Source: an uncultured Bacteroidales bacterium
GTDB lineage: Bacteria; Bacteroidota; Bacteroidia; Bacteroidales; FEN-979
Assembly (NCBI GenBank): GCA_903877385.1
Contig: CAIRDP010000011.1
Coordinates: forward strand, 69,245-133,244
Direction: 5' to 3'
DNA length: 64,000 bases
Position 1 is the stretch's first letter. Every line of letters starts with the position of its first letter. The notes beneath the pieces are model-generated. The model saw only the letters and a program-made list of their open reading frames with translations, ran no database searches and had not been told where the DNA came from. Of this stretch, positions 18,287 to 27,779 are shown piece by piece. A program made the position numbers and the translations under genes.

Positions 18287-18315
18287 CAAAGATACGCCCG
18301 CAATAAGTATACAAA
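18287..18315 (-). promoter_or_regulatory. candidate promoter (TTTG-N17-TATCTTTG) driving the leader that ends at the 18165-18195 terminator
   Basis: The minus strand reads acaTTTGtatacttattgcgggcgTATCTTTGtatcc. The 17-nt spacer is slightly shorter than the usual 19-21. Confidence 0.35.
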
Positions 18316-18374
18316 TGTTAAGGATTATTAATTTACGTTAAAAAGTGTTAAAACTGTAAGTCGGCTTTTTCCCT

Positions 18375-18382
18375 TACTTTTG
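18375..18382 (+). promoter_or_regulatory. candidate -7 box TACTTTTG, 4 nt upstream of the histidine kinase ATG
   Basis: The sequence reads TACTTTTG-tagt-ATG, the same geometry as at the symporter gene. No -33 element is evident. Confidence 0.3.
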
Positions 18383-18386
18383 TAGT

Positions 18387-19673
18387 ATGAACCGGAGGTT
18401 TATAATCTTAACGATCGTCGTGATGACCATCGCTCTTGGAGGGCTGATGGGCATACAGATCTATTGGATCAGGAACGCATCTTCGGTCAAGGAAGCCAAT
18501 TTCCGCAGAAGCGTCAATGAGGCGATCACAAAAGTTGTTTCCAAGGTCGAGTTGCTTGAGAAACGCCGTTCCATTGAAAAATCCAAACCCGAGGGGCTGC
18601 TTAACATCAATCCCCATCTGCCTTATGATGAGTTCCTGAACAAGAACATCCTCGATTCCCTGATATCCAGGGAGCTGAACCTCAGGGGTATTGATACACG
18701 TTTTGAGTTTGGCGTTTACAAGCCCGAAAACGAGGCTTACCTGGTTGAGAAGTCTCCTAACTACCGCAAGGAACTCTTCGAGAAAGGATACGCTTTCCCA
18801 TTATTCCAGAGCGACATCTTCACTCCTCCCGAGTATCTGCTGATCGCTTTTCCCAACGAGCAGCGATTCCTGTTAACCGAATTATGGGGCATGCTTCTGA
18901 TCTCCCTGGTGCTTATCATTGTGATCGTGTACTCATTCATTTATACCATTGCGACTATTTTCAGGCAGAAACGTCTTTCAGAAATGAAGAATGACTTCAT
19001 CAACAACATGACTCATGAGTTTAAAACCCCGATTGCAACGATATCGCTGGCCTGCGAGGCAATGAGTGACACCGGCATCCTGAAATCGGCCGAGCTCTCT
19101 TCTTCCTATGTGAGTATGATAATGGAGGAGAACAAGAGGCTTGCAGGCATGGCCGAGAAGATTTTGCAGACCGCGGTGATCGATTCAGGCGAATTAAAAA
19201 TGAAAAGGGAGATCATCAACATACACGAAATCATTCATGATGTCGTGAAAAACATCAGGATACAGGTTGAGATCAAGGACGGCGTCATTATCAAGAGTTT
19301 TTATGCTTCCAATCCCAGGATAGAAGGAGACAAGGTGCATGTGACGAATTTAATTTACAACCTTCTTGACAATGCCAACAAATATTCGCCTAAAAAACCG
19401 ATGATCCGGATCAGCACCGAGAATTCGGGCAATGGCATACAGATCACGATTGAGGATAACGGGATTGGGATAAGCAAGGCGGAACAGAAAAAAATATTTG
19501 ATAAACTTTACCGCGTTCCAACTGGGAACATACATGATGTAAGAGGCTTCGGTCTAGGCTTAAGCTATGTAAAGGCAATAGTAGGTGAACATCACGGGAG
19601 GATCAATATTGAGAGTGAAGTGAATAAGGGAAGCAAGTTTAAGGTATTTCTTCCGTTTGTCTATAAAGAGTAA
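18387..19673 (+). CDS. sensor histidine kinase (HisKA + HATPase_c)
   Basis: Two TM segments, the H-box FINNMTHEFKTPIATI, the N-box NLLDNANKYS, and the G-boxes DNGIGI and GFGLGLSYVK. Confidence 0.85.
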   Translation: MNRRFIILTIVVMTIALGGLMGIQIYWIRNASSVKEANFRRSVNEAITKVVSKVELLEKRRSIEKSKPEGLLNINPHLPYDEFLNKNILDSLISRELNLRGIDTRFEFGVYKPENEAYLVEKSPNYRKELFEKGYAFPLFQSDIFTPPEYLLIAFPNEQRFLLTELWGMLLISLVLIIVIVYSFIYTIATIFRQKRLSEMKNDFINNMTHEFKTPIATISLACEAMSDTGILKSAELSSSYVSMIMEENKRLAGMAEKILQTAVIDSGELKMKREIINIHEIIHDVVKNIRIQVEIKDGVIIKSFYASNPRIEGDKVHVTNLIYNLLDNANKYSPKKPMIRISTENSGNGIQITIEDNGIGISKAEQKKIFDKLYRVPTGNIHDVRGFGLGLSYVKAIVGEHHGRINIESEVNKGSKFKVFLPFVYKE

Positions 19674-19685
19674 AATTTTGAAGAT

Positions 19686-20387
19686 ATGGAAAAAGGAAGT
19701 ATTAATGTTTTACTGGCCGAGGATGACCGCAACCTGGGCAACATCCTGAAGAATTACCTGGATGCCAAAGGATATAATACGACCTTATGCGTGAACGGGC
19801 AGGAAGCTGTGGATGCCTTTGGGAAAAAAGAAATTGACTTTGTGATCCTCGACATCATGATGCCCGTGAAGGATGGATTTGCCGCTGCCAGGGAGATACG
19901 GAGCATGAACAGGAAAGTGCCGGTGCTCTTCCTTACGGCAAAAGCGCTGCAGGAAGACAAGCTGAAGGGCTTCGAAGCCGGTGCCGACGATTATATCACC
20001 AAGCCTTTCAGCATGGAAGAATTGCTGATGAGGATGCACGCCATCCTGAGGCGAACCGACGAAAGCGGGAAAGCAAGCGGCAATGAGAATGTTTTTACGA
20101 TCGGCAAATATCATTTTGATTTCAACCGGCAGGTGCTCAGTGTGCTGGACCAGGAACAGAAACTTACTTCCAAGGAAGCCGGGCTGCTCAGGCTGTTGTG
20201 CATAAACGCAAATGAAGTCCTGGACCGTTCCACTGCACTCACACAGATCTGGAATGACGACAGCTACTTCAATGCCCGAAGCATGGACGTATATATTGTC
20301 AAGTTACGCAAATACCTGAGGGATGACCCCAATGTTGAGCTGATCAATGTGCATGGGGTGGGGTTTAAATTAGTTATGAAATCATGA
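19686..20387 (+). CDS. OmpR/PhoB-family response regulator
   Basis: Receiver domain (LLAEDD, DFVILDIMMP, LTAK) plus a winged-helix domain (LTSKEAGLLRLL, VYIVKLRKYL, GVGFKL). Confidence 0.9.
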   Translation: MEKGSINVLLAEDDRNLGNILKNYLDAKGYNTTLCVNGQEAVDAFGKKEIDFVILDIMMPVKDGFAAAREIRSMNRKVPVLFLTAKALQEDKLKGFEAGADDYITKPFSMEELLMRMHAILRRTDESGKASGNENVFTIGKYHFDFNRQVLSVLDQEQKLTSKEAGLLRLLCINANEVLDRSTALTQIWNDDSYFNARSMDVYIVKLRKYLRDDPNVELINVHGVGFKLVMKS

Positions 20388-20413
20388 AATGGGGAGTAAT
20401 GGATTAAAAATCT

Positions 20414-21118
20414 ATGGCTGGAAAACTATACATTGTCCCCACTCCCATCGGCAACCTCGAGGATATAACCCTGAGGGCGCTGAGGATACTGAACGAGGTT
20501 GACCTGATACTGGCTGAGGATACGCGCAATACAGCCTTCCTCCTGAAACATTATAACATCGTTAAGCCATTGCAGTCGCACCACCAGTTCAACGAGCACC
20601 GTTCCATTGAAAACATCATTGAGCGATTACAGGGCGGGGCCGTTATTGCTGTAGTGAGCGATGCCGGCACCCCGGGGATCAGCGATCCGGGCTACCTGCT
20701 TATACGGGAATGCGTGAAAGCAGGAATTCCCGTGGAATGCCTGCCCGGCCCAACGGCCTTTGTCCCGGCACTGGTCAACAGCGGCATTCCTTCGGACCGT
20801 TTCATGTTCGAAGGCTTCCTGCCTCATAAAAAGGGCCGACATACACGTCTGCAGGCGCTTGCTGCCGAACAAAGGACCATCATCCTTTATGAAAGCCCCT
20901 TCAGGCTGGTTAAAACGCTTACTCAACTTGCCGAATTCCTGGGTGCAGACCGTTACGCCTCCGTTTCCCGCGAGCTTACCAAGATCTATGAGGAAAATGC
21001 CAGGGGAAGCCTGGAAGGACTGATCACACATTTCAGCGGGAAAACAGTAAAGGGCGAGATTGTTATCGTGGTGGAAGGAGGGAAAAAAGGAATGTCGAAT
21101 ATTCTACCCGGCCCTTGA
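20414..21118 (+). CDS. rsmI: 16S rRNA (cytidine1402-2'-O)-methyltransferase
   Basis: LYIVPTPIGNLEDITLRALRIL, AEDTR, VSDAGTPGISDPG and ESPFRL. Confidence 0.9.
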   Translation: MAGKLYIVPTPIGNLEDITLRALRILNEVDLILAEDTRNTAFLLKHYNIVKPLQSHHQFNEHRSIENIIERLQGGAVIAVVSDAGTPGISDPGYLLIRECVKAGIPVECLPGPTAFVPALVNSGIPSDRFMFEGFLPHKKGRHTRLQALAAEQRTIILYESPFRLVKTLTQLAEFLGADRYASVSRELTKIYEENARGSLEGLITHFSGKTVKGEIVIVVEGGKKGMSNILPGP

Positions 21119-21385
21119 GCTTATGATATCAAATCCACTGAAATTTTTCAGATCTCCTTCGCTTACCTCGACATTCTCCACCCTGGCCCCCATGGGTCCC
21201 CTGTTGCACCACTGAATAAAACTGTTTATATGTTCTTCTTCGCCTTCGGCCTCGATATAAACGGTTTCATCAATCATGTTCCTGACAAAACCATGGATCC
21301 CGAAGCGGTATGCCGCCTGCATGGCCGAGAAACGGAACCCGATTTTTTGGACCCTGCCGGTAATACTGATGTTATAATGTTTCAT
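21104..21385 (-). CDS. acyP: acylphosphatase
   Basis: 93 aa with the family signatures ITGRVQKIGFRFSA and GFVRN. Confidence 0.85.
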   Translation of the reverse strand: MKHYNISITGRVQKIGFRFSAMQAAYRFGIHGFVRNMIDETVYIEAEGEEEHINSFIQWCNRGPMGARVENVEVSEGDLKNFSGFDIISSRAG

Positions 21386-23540
21386 CAGCAGGCTTCGTAA
21401 TTTGTTCGGCAGGCGCTTTTACCGTTTCCCGCTTTGAATGGTGCCGGTGGCGACGGCTGATTCCCTTTGCTTCATGTTCACGGTGCCGGAAGTATCGCTT
21501 CATTTTAGGATACATGAATGAAAGTGTAAGCACGATCATCCCCACGGTAAAAAGCACTGCCGACCTTGAATTGCCGCTTAATACCCTTACATCAATATAC
21601 AGCATTTTAACAAGTGTTCCCAGGAGGATGGCCAGGCCCGCAGTGCGCAGAAGCCGGTTACGGTTCAACATACCTATGCCCAGGATCAAAACGGAGTATG
21701 CAAGCAGTATAAACGTATAGGGGATGACCCGGTTGGCCAGGCCGATCTCTTCAATAGTTATCCTGCGTTTTAAACCTGTCCAGATAGTGAAATGATCGTA
21801 TTCTGAAAGAATGATAAACAGGCCCATCAGGAGTAAATAAACAGTATAGAAGCTTACCAGCATGGTAGTCTTTGTGAAAGTCTTCCTGAGAAAAACCAGG
21901 AGTATAATAATTTCGGCGATAAAAAGGACTACAACCGGATAGTGGAACAAAAATGAAAGCTTTGAAACATGCTCATGCAGCAGGGCCTCGTTTCTAAGTT
22001 CAAGGGTTGAAAAATGGATCAGGCTTGGGTACGCAAGTGAAAAGAAAAGTGCAAACCCGATAGCGGGAGCAAGAAATTTGGATTTTTGAGCTGTAAGCAT
22101 CGGGATAGCGATAATGAAAAAGAGGCAATTATAACCAAACCAGCTCATGAAATTCAGATCAGGGTTTTTTGACCACACCAGGACAATATAATTTATCACC
22201 CAGAAACCTGACAGGTATAGTACTACAAGATTAATCCCCTTGAAAAACCTCTGGTAACTCCTGCGGCTGAACCATTCCTTTGAGAAGTCGACATGCAGTT
22301 TCCTGACAAGCCTGCTGTTGATAACCATAACGGGAAAGATCACCAGCCCTGCCACCAGTCCTTTCATCATCATCGAGCGGTTATCGAGTACATTGCCAAG
22401 GAAGGCTGTGGGGAGATACTGGAACACCCAGTCTTTAAAATAAGCAAGAAGCATAAGTACTATGGAAAGGAGGGACACGATCACGGCAAGCCTGTCACCG
22501 CTGTATTTCGAATAGAACAGCAGGAGAACCGACAGTACAGCGAGAAAAAGCATCATGGCATTGGAATGGAAAATAAACGGGAATATCAGGCTGAGGATGA
22601 CCATTGAAGGGAAAACATAAGGCCCGGGGGCCATCCTTTTCCCTGCATTGGCCGCCAGAAATAATATCCCGAAATTAACCGATGCAATGAGGAGGGAGAA
22701 AACCCATGCAAATTCTGTATGATTGAATTTTACCAGGCTGATCATTCCCATCATGTAAAATGCTGAAATATTCAGGATGATGAGGCCTATCTCGGTGAAA
22801 TCCGAAAACTTATGATGTCCTTTGTATCCCCCGTAAACGCCCATGTACAGGAACAGCAAATAAAACAGGAAGCCGTAAGTAAAAAAGCCCGGGAGCAATC
22901 CTGAATCCCCGCCCAGTATCATTTTGAGTGCCCACCACATCATGAAAAAGACCAGGCAAACAAGGTAATTCCATTTACCCGCAAGCATGGAATGTAAGCT
23001 GAGCCCGGAATAAAATACCAGGGCCGAAAATATAAATATCATTGGAAAAAGAATATGGATCTGCCAGCCATATTTTCTTGCCAGGATGAAGGCAAGCGTA
23101 TAAAAGACGAACAAGGCTATCCTGGGAATCTCTTTACGGTGAATACGGATTGAAAGCAGCAGCAGGGCCGCGAAAAATAAGGTTATAACGCAGCCAAGGA
23201 TTATCATTGTTTTAACATCTTCAGCATTGAACCCGGAATCAGGCGCCGGGGCAGGCGATAACCCGGCAGGCATGGCTGCGGAAGGGGCCTGCCCAGGCTG
23301 CTGCATTATTTTCTCGTGCGAGGCAAGCTGTTTGGCAATCCCCCTTAGTTTACCCAGTGAACTCACCGAGTACCCCGCAACTGCAAGAATAAAAACAAAG
23401 CCGATGATCTTCAGAAGGTGTTTTGTGATGATCGATTCAATCCGGCTGTAAGGGTTAGACTTACCGGAATGATGCGAACTGTGCTGTTTCTTATGCCTGT
23501 GATGAGAGGCCCTGGGTTTGGGTTCTTCCACCTTTACCAT
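21372..23540 (-). CDS. large polytopic membrane protein (DUF2339-like) with His/Arg-rich termini
   Basis: 722 aa with about 20 hydrophobic helices. The N-terminus contains RASHHRHKKQHSSHHSGKS and the C-terminus RHREHEAKGISRRHRHHSKRE. The family call is tentative. Confidence 0.4.
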   Translation of the reverse strand: MVKVEEPKPRASHHRHKKQHSSHHSGKSNPYSRIESIITKHLLKIIGFVFILAVAGYSVSSLGKLRGIAKQLASHEKIMQQPGQAPSAAMPAGLSPAPAPDSGFNAEDVKTMIILGCVITLFFAALLLLSIRIHRKEIPRIALFVFYTLAFILARKYGWQIHILFPMIFIFSALVFYSGLSLHSMLAGKWNYLVCLVFFMMWWALKMILGGDSGLLPGFFTYGFLFYLLFLYMGVYGGYKGHHKFSDFTEIGLIILNISAFYMMGMISLVKFNHTEFAWVFSLLIASVNFGILFLAANAGKRMAPGPYVFPSMVILSLIFPFIFHSNAMMLFLAVLSVLLLFYSKYSGDRLAVIVSLLSIVLMLLAYFKDWVFQYLPTAFLGNVLDNRSMMMKGLVAGLVIFPVMVINSRLVRKLHVDFSKEWFSRRSYQRFFKGINLVVLYLSGFWVINYIVLVWSKNPDLNFMSWFGYNCLFFIIAIPMLTAQKSKFLAPAIGFALFFSLAYPSLIHFSTLELRNEALLHEHVSKLSFLFHYPVVVLFIAEIIILLVFLRKTFTKTTMLVSFYTVYLLLMGLFIILSEYDHFTIWTGLKRRITIEEIGLANRVIPYTFILLAYSVLILGIGMLNRNRLLRTAGLAILLGTLVKMLYIDVRVLSGNSRSAVLFTVGMIVLTLSFMYPKMKRYFRHREHEAKGISRRHRHHSKRETVKAPAEQITKPADETL

Positions 23541-23619
23541 TGTTTAGAAACCAAAAATAAAAAAAATAACTAACTTTAAGCTGTTATTCTTTACTGCTTC
23601 CGGTTTTAACGCTTTAAGG

Positions 23620-24273
23620 ATGTGCGGCAGGTATTCGTTTGCGGTTGTTGATGAGCTTATCGAAGAACGTTTCGGGGTAAGGGTTCGCACGGCCATTTAT
23701 AAAGCCAGGTACAATTGTGCCCCCGGGCAGGATCTCGCAGTTATCTCGAATGAAGATCCTTCGGAGCTGAGGCTCTACCACTGGGGCCTTATCCCTTTCT
23801 GGGCAAAGGAGAAATCCATAGGCTACAAGCTTATCAATGCCAGATCGGAAAGCATCACCGAAAAATCTTATAAGAATGCTTTCAGAAGCAGGCGCTGCCT
23901 GGTTCCCGCCGACAGTTTTTTTGAATGGAAGAAACATCCCGCTAAGGAACCATACCGGATCCTGATGAAAGATGAAGCACCTTTTTCCATGGCAGGGATC
24001 TGGGACAAATGGACCAGCCCCGAGGGGGAGATCATCCATTCCTTTTCAATAATGACTACTTCCCCCAATGAACTGCTCAGCCAGGTTCACGACAGGATGC
24101 CAGTAATCCTCGATAAATCTGACGAAAAACGCTGGCTTTCGCCCTTGCCCGAGTCGGAACTCATGGATATGCTGAAACCTTATCCGGCAGAAAAAATGAA
24201 AGCCTATAAAATTTCCCAGCTGGTGAATTCACCAAAGAATGATTCGGCCGAAATACTTACTCCTGTATCATAA
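23620..24273 (+). CDS. SOS response-associated peptidase (SRAP/YedK family)
   Basis: The N-terminal MCGRYS catalytic Cys2 signature, followed by NARSE and FFEW motifs. Confidence 0.9.
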   Translation: MCGRYSFAVVDELIEERFGVRVRTAIYKARYNCAPGQDLAVISNEDPSELRLYHWGLIPFWAKEKSIGYKLINARSESITEKSYKNAFRSRRCLVPADSFFEWKKHPAKEPYRILMKDEAPFSMAGIWDKWTSPEGEIIHSFSIMTTSPNELLSQVHDRMPVILDKSDEKRWLSPLPESELMDMLKPYPAEKMKAYKISQLVNSPKNDSAEILTPVS

Positions 24274-25249
24274 GCGAGCAACCCCTCAGGTCGCTTGAAT
24301 CAAACCGGCCAAGGACTTCAAAACTGCCGTCTTCGTTTACTCTTCCCAGGTCCTGGCTTGCAATAAAACTGCAGGAATACAGATTGGCCAGGTCAACAAT
24401 GCTGATCCCCCCTGTGCGGTCGGGCGAACACCAGCAAAAAGGATCGTTCACCTCGCGCACCATGACCTTCATCCAGGGCGGGGTCCTGAAAACGCCCTCC
24501 TGCACCGACCAGGCCTGCGACAGAAGTTCGGTCATGCCATACTCGGAATGTATCGCTGCACCCCTGAAAGCTTGTTTAAGCTTCTGGTGAAGTTCGGCCC
24601 GGGTGATCTCTTTACGCTTTCCTTTCATTCCGCCTGTTTCAATAACCACCAGGCCCGGGTAATCGCCGGGGTACTTCTCCCCGAAATCAAGCAGGGCCCA
24701 GGTAAGGCCTATGAGTATGGTTTTGCCCGGTATAAAACCAGGTCCTGAGAGCTGCTGCCTGAGGCCCCCCGCATCCTTTAAAAAGAAACCATGCCTCAGA
24801 ACCGGATTCTGCTGCATCAGCCTGGCTATCATGTAAATGAGAGAGGAATGAGGGTTTTCGCCGGGCAGGGGTGTTAAAGAAAGAAATGTATATCGCGCAG
24901 GATCTCCGTACGCATATAAAAATCCTTTCAGCAGCGAGCTGTCGTACAGCAAAGGATCGGCAAGCAAATGCCGGCCCGGGATGGAACCGCTTGTTCCGCT
25001 GCTCCGAAACTCCCTTACGGGTTTCATCCCGGAACAAATGACCTCCCGGGATTTATAAAATTCTACAGGGATAAAGGGAATGCCCTCAAGCTTCTTTACA
25101 TTTTCGGGCTTACGCGATAATGCATCGGCAAACTCACGGTACACTTCGCAGTTTTCATACTGGAACCTGAAAATGTCCAGTGCAAGCTCATTGAAACCCT
25201 CGGTATCAGCAGCTGTAAAGATCCTTTCACGGAGTGATTCTGCGCTCAT
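24257..25249 (-). CDS. LuxE-like acyl-protein synthetase / acyltransferase family protein
   Basis: 330 aa. The N-terminus FNELALDIFRFQYENCEVYREF and the later SSGTSG and ETGGMKG adenylate-forming motifs resemble the LuxE/F390-synthetase-like family. Confidence 0.55.
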   Translation of the reverse strand: MSAESLRERIFTAADTEGFNELALDIFRFQYENCEVYREFADALSRKPENVKKLEGIPFIPVEFYKSREVICSGMKPVREFRSSGTSGSIPGRHLLADPLLYDSSLLKGFLYAYGDPARYTFLSLTPLPGENPHSSLIYMIARLMQQNPVLRHGFFLKDAGGLRQQLSGPGFIPGKTILIGLTWALLDFGEKYPGDYPGLVVIETGGMKGKRKEITRAELHQKLKQAFRGAAIHSEYGMTELLSQAWSVQEGVFRTPPWMKVMVREVNDPFCWCSPDRTGGISIVDLANLYSCSFIASQDLGRVNEDGSFEVLGRFDSSDLRGCSLMIQE

Positions 25250-25336
25250 TTCACGGTTATTTGCAGCAATTTCTTATTCCATTTGCGTGCTCATTCAGGC
25301 TTTGGCAAACACAGTTCACGGTTCACGTATATTCAT

Positions 25337-25344
25337 TATCTTTG
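25337..25344 (+). promoter_or_regulatory. candidate -7 box TATCTTTG upstream of the 25380 lipoprotein / mrdA-rodA unit
   Basis: TAnnTTTG match 35 nt upstream of the ATG. The nearest upstream TTTG is 32 nt away, which is non-canonical. Confidence 0.3.
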
Positions 25345-25379
25345 CGAGGGTCCAAATGTATTAAAAATTCAGGCATCCC

Positions 25380-25907
25380 ATGGAAGTAAAAGGGAAACCA
25401 AGATGTGCTGTTTTTTTTCTCCTGCCTGCCGCAGTTTGCCTGATTATGCTTTCTTCGTGCATAAAAAAAGAATCCTATTCAGAGATTCCGCAGATAGGTT
25501 TTTCAGCTTATTACAATATTTTTGACACCAGTAAAATTGCCCAAAGAGGAGTACTTACCATCACTTTCCAGGATGGTGATGGGGATATCGGCCTGGACCC
25601 CTCCGATTTAAGTCCGCCATTCGATACCGGCAGCATATATTATTATAATTATTTCATCGATTTGTATGAAAAAAAGAATGGCAGTTTTGTGAAAGACACA
25701 ACGCTGAATACACCTTTGAGATATCGTATCCCCAATTTGACCCCCATTGATCGCAATAAAGCCATCAAGGGGATCATTGTTGATACCCTTCCCCTTAATC
25801 CTGCACCGGTCTGGGACACTATCATGTTTTCGATGTTCATCTATGACCGTGCCTTGCATAAAAGCAATGTGGTCTTTACGCCCGAGATCGTAGTCAGGAG
25901 GCCATAA
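25380..25907 (+). CDS. lipoprotein, function unknown
   Basis: Signal peptide with lipobox LSSC. 175 aa, lying directly upstream of mrdA. Confidence 0.55.
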   Translation: MEVKGKPRCAVFFLLPAAVCLIMLSSCIKKESYSEIPQIGFSAYYNIFDTSKIAQRGVLTITFQDGDGDIGLDPSDLSPPFDTGSIYYYNYFIDLYEKKNGSFVKDTTLNTPLRYRIPNLTPIDRNKAIKGIIVDTLPLNPAPVWDTIMFSMFIYDRALHKSNVVFTPEIVVRRP

Positions 25908-25913
25908 AAAGGA

Positions 25914-27779
25914 ATGGAAAGGGTTCTGGCTTACCGGAGGTTGATCATAATTGGAATATTCCTTTCTGTCGGGCTGATTTTCATCATCAGGCTTTTCTAT
26001 GTCCAGATCCTGGTCGACAAATATATACTGTCGGCAAACAATAATGTTCTCCGTTATATTATCCAATACCCTGCAAGGGGCCTTATTTTCGACCGTAACG
26101 GGAAGCTATTGGTTTACAATGAAGCAGCCTACGACCTCATGGTCATACCCCGGCAGGCGAAGAATGTGGATACCATGGAGCTGTGCCGGCTTCTCGGGAT
26201 CGACAAGGATGAATATACCAGGAGGATGATAAAAGCCCGTAATTACTCTCCATACAGGCAGTCCATCTTCGAAGGCCAGATTACACGCGAAAACTATGGG
26301 TTTCTTGAAGAAAAACTGTTCCGGTTCCAGGGATTTTTCGTGCAGTCGCGCACCCTCCGGAAATATTCCTATTCCATAGCCGCCCATACTTTCGGTTATA
26401 TAGGCGAAGCAAGCCCCGAGATCATTGATGCCAATCCCTATTACAAATCGGGTGATTACATAGGGATTAACGGGATTGAGAAATCCTACGAAGAGATCCT
26501 CAGGGGTGAAAAAGGAATGAAGATCAGGGTAGTGGATGTGCTTAACCGTGACAAAGGCAGTTTCCAGGATGGGAAGTACGACACCCTGGCCTATGCAGGG
26601 ACCGACCTGTATTCTTCTATGGATGAGGAACTCCAGGAATACGGTGAGAAACTGATGGCCGGCAAGAAAGGGAGTATCGTCGCCATCGAGCCTTCAACGG
26701 GTGAAGTCCTCTGCCTTATTTCCAGCCCTTCCTATGACCCCAACCTGCTCGTCGGCAATATCAGGAAGAAAAATTACAGGAACCTTGTTTTCGATACCCT
26801 TTATCAGCCGCTTTTCGACCGTGCGCTCATGGCTATGTATCCCCCGGGGTCCACGTTCAAGCTTGTTGATGCTCTGGTAGGTCAGCAGGAAGGGGTCCTT
26901 TTCCCCACAACGACCTATGGATGCCCCGGTGGATTCAGCCTGGGCAACGGGCAGATGGTTGCCTGCCACTCCCATCCCTCCCCACTGAACCTGATGGGAG
27001 CCATCCAGATCTCATGCAATACTTACTTCTGCCGGGTTTTCAGGTCCATAATGGATAACAGCGCCTACCCTGGCATCAGGCAGGCCTATGAACACTGGCG
27101 AAAAGAAGTGATGAGTTTCGGCCTCGGTAAAAAACTGGGGCTGGACGTAACGGGTGAACTTAACGGAAACATCCCTACCCCTGCTTATTACGACAAATAC
27201 CACGGAAAGGACCGGTGGAAATCCATGACGATCATTTCCCTTGGGATCGGGCAGGGAGAGATAGGGATCACACCCCTGCAGATGGCCAACCTTGCGGCGA
27301 CCATAAGCAACCGGGGCTGGTATTATGTGCCTCATATTATCAGGGCAATAGGCAGGAAGGATTCCCTTAACCCTGATTTCAGGGTAAAAAAAGTCACCGA
27401 TGTCAATCCTGCCTATTTTGAAGTTGTTGTTGATGGGATGGCGGATGTGGTTACGTCGGGAACCGCACGTGCCTCGCAGATCGACAGCATTGAATTTTGC
27501 GGTAAAACCGGCACTGCCCAGAACCCGCACGGCAAAAACCATTCAATCTTTATTGCATTCGCCCCCAGGCTAAATTCAAAAATCGCCATTTCGGTCGTGG
27601 TCGAGAATGCAGGTTCCGGAGCAGAATGGGCAGCTCCCATCGCCAGCCTGATGATAGAAAAATATCTCAAGCGTACAGTCAAACGCAGGGACCTGGAAGA
27701 ACGCATGATGAACGCGGACCTTATCCATGGAATAAATATTAAAAATGAGAGCGGAAAAGGGCATTTTTTACCGGATTGA
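25914..27779 (+). CDS. mrdA: penicillin-binding protein 2 (peptidoglycan D,D-transpeptidase)
   Basis: 621 aa. PPGSTFK (SxxK), SCN (SxN) and GKTGTA (KTG) motifs, with an N-terminal TM anchor. Confidence 0.9.
   Translation: MERVLAYRRLIIIGIFLSVGLIFIIRLFYVQILVDKYILSANNNVLRYIIQYPARGLIFDRNGKLLVYNEAAYDLMVIPRQAKNVDTMELCRLLGIDKDEYTRRMIKARNYSPYRQSIFEGQITRENYGFLEEKLFRFQGFFVQSRTLRKYSYSIAAHTFGYIGEASPEIIDANPYYKSGDYIGINGIEKSYEEILRGEKGMKIRVVDVLNRDKGSFQDGKYDTLAYAGTDLYSSMDEELQEYGEKLMAGKKGSIVAIEPSTGEVLCLISSPSYDPNLLVGNIRKKNYRNLVFDTLYQPLFDRALMAMYPPGSTFKLVDALVGQQEGVLFPTTTYGCPGGFSLGNGQMVACHSHPSPLNLMGAIQISCNTYFCRVFRSIMDNSAYPGIRQAYEHWRKEVMSFGLGKKLGLDVTGELNGNIPTPAYYDKYHGKDRWKSMTIISLGIGQGEIGITPLQMANLAATISNRGWYYVPHIIRAIGRKDSLNPDFRVKKVTDVNPAYFEVVVDGMADVVTSGTARASQIDSIEFCGKTGTAQNPHGKNHSIFIAFAPRLNSKIAISVVVENAGSGAEWAAPIASLMIEKYLKRTVKRRDLEERMMNADLIHGINIKNESGKGHFLPD

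Noticed and set aside
21090-21103. 14-nt identity (gaatgtcgaatatt) with 10940-10953 at the pheS 3' end
   Set aside because: By rough expectation a window of this size yields on the order of ten chance 14-mer matches on both strands. The match alone is therefore not evidence of a shared element. It is mentioned only as weak context for the heptamer arrays.
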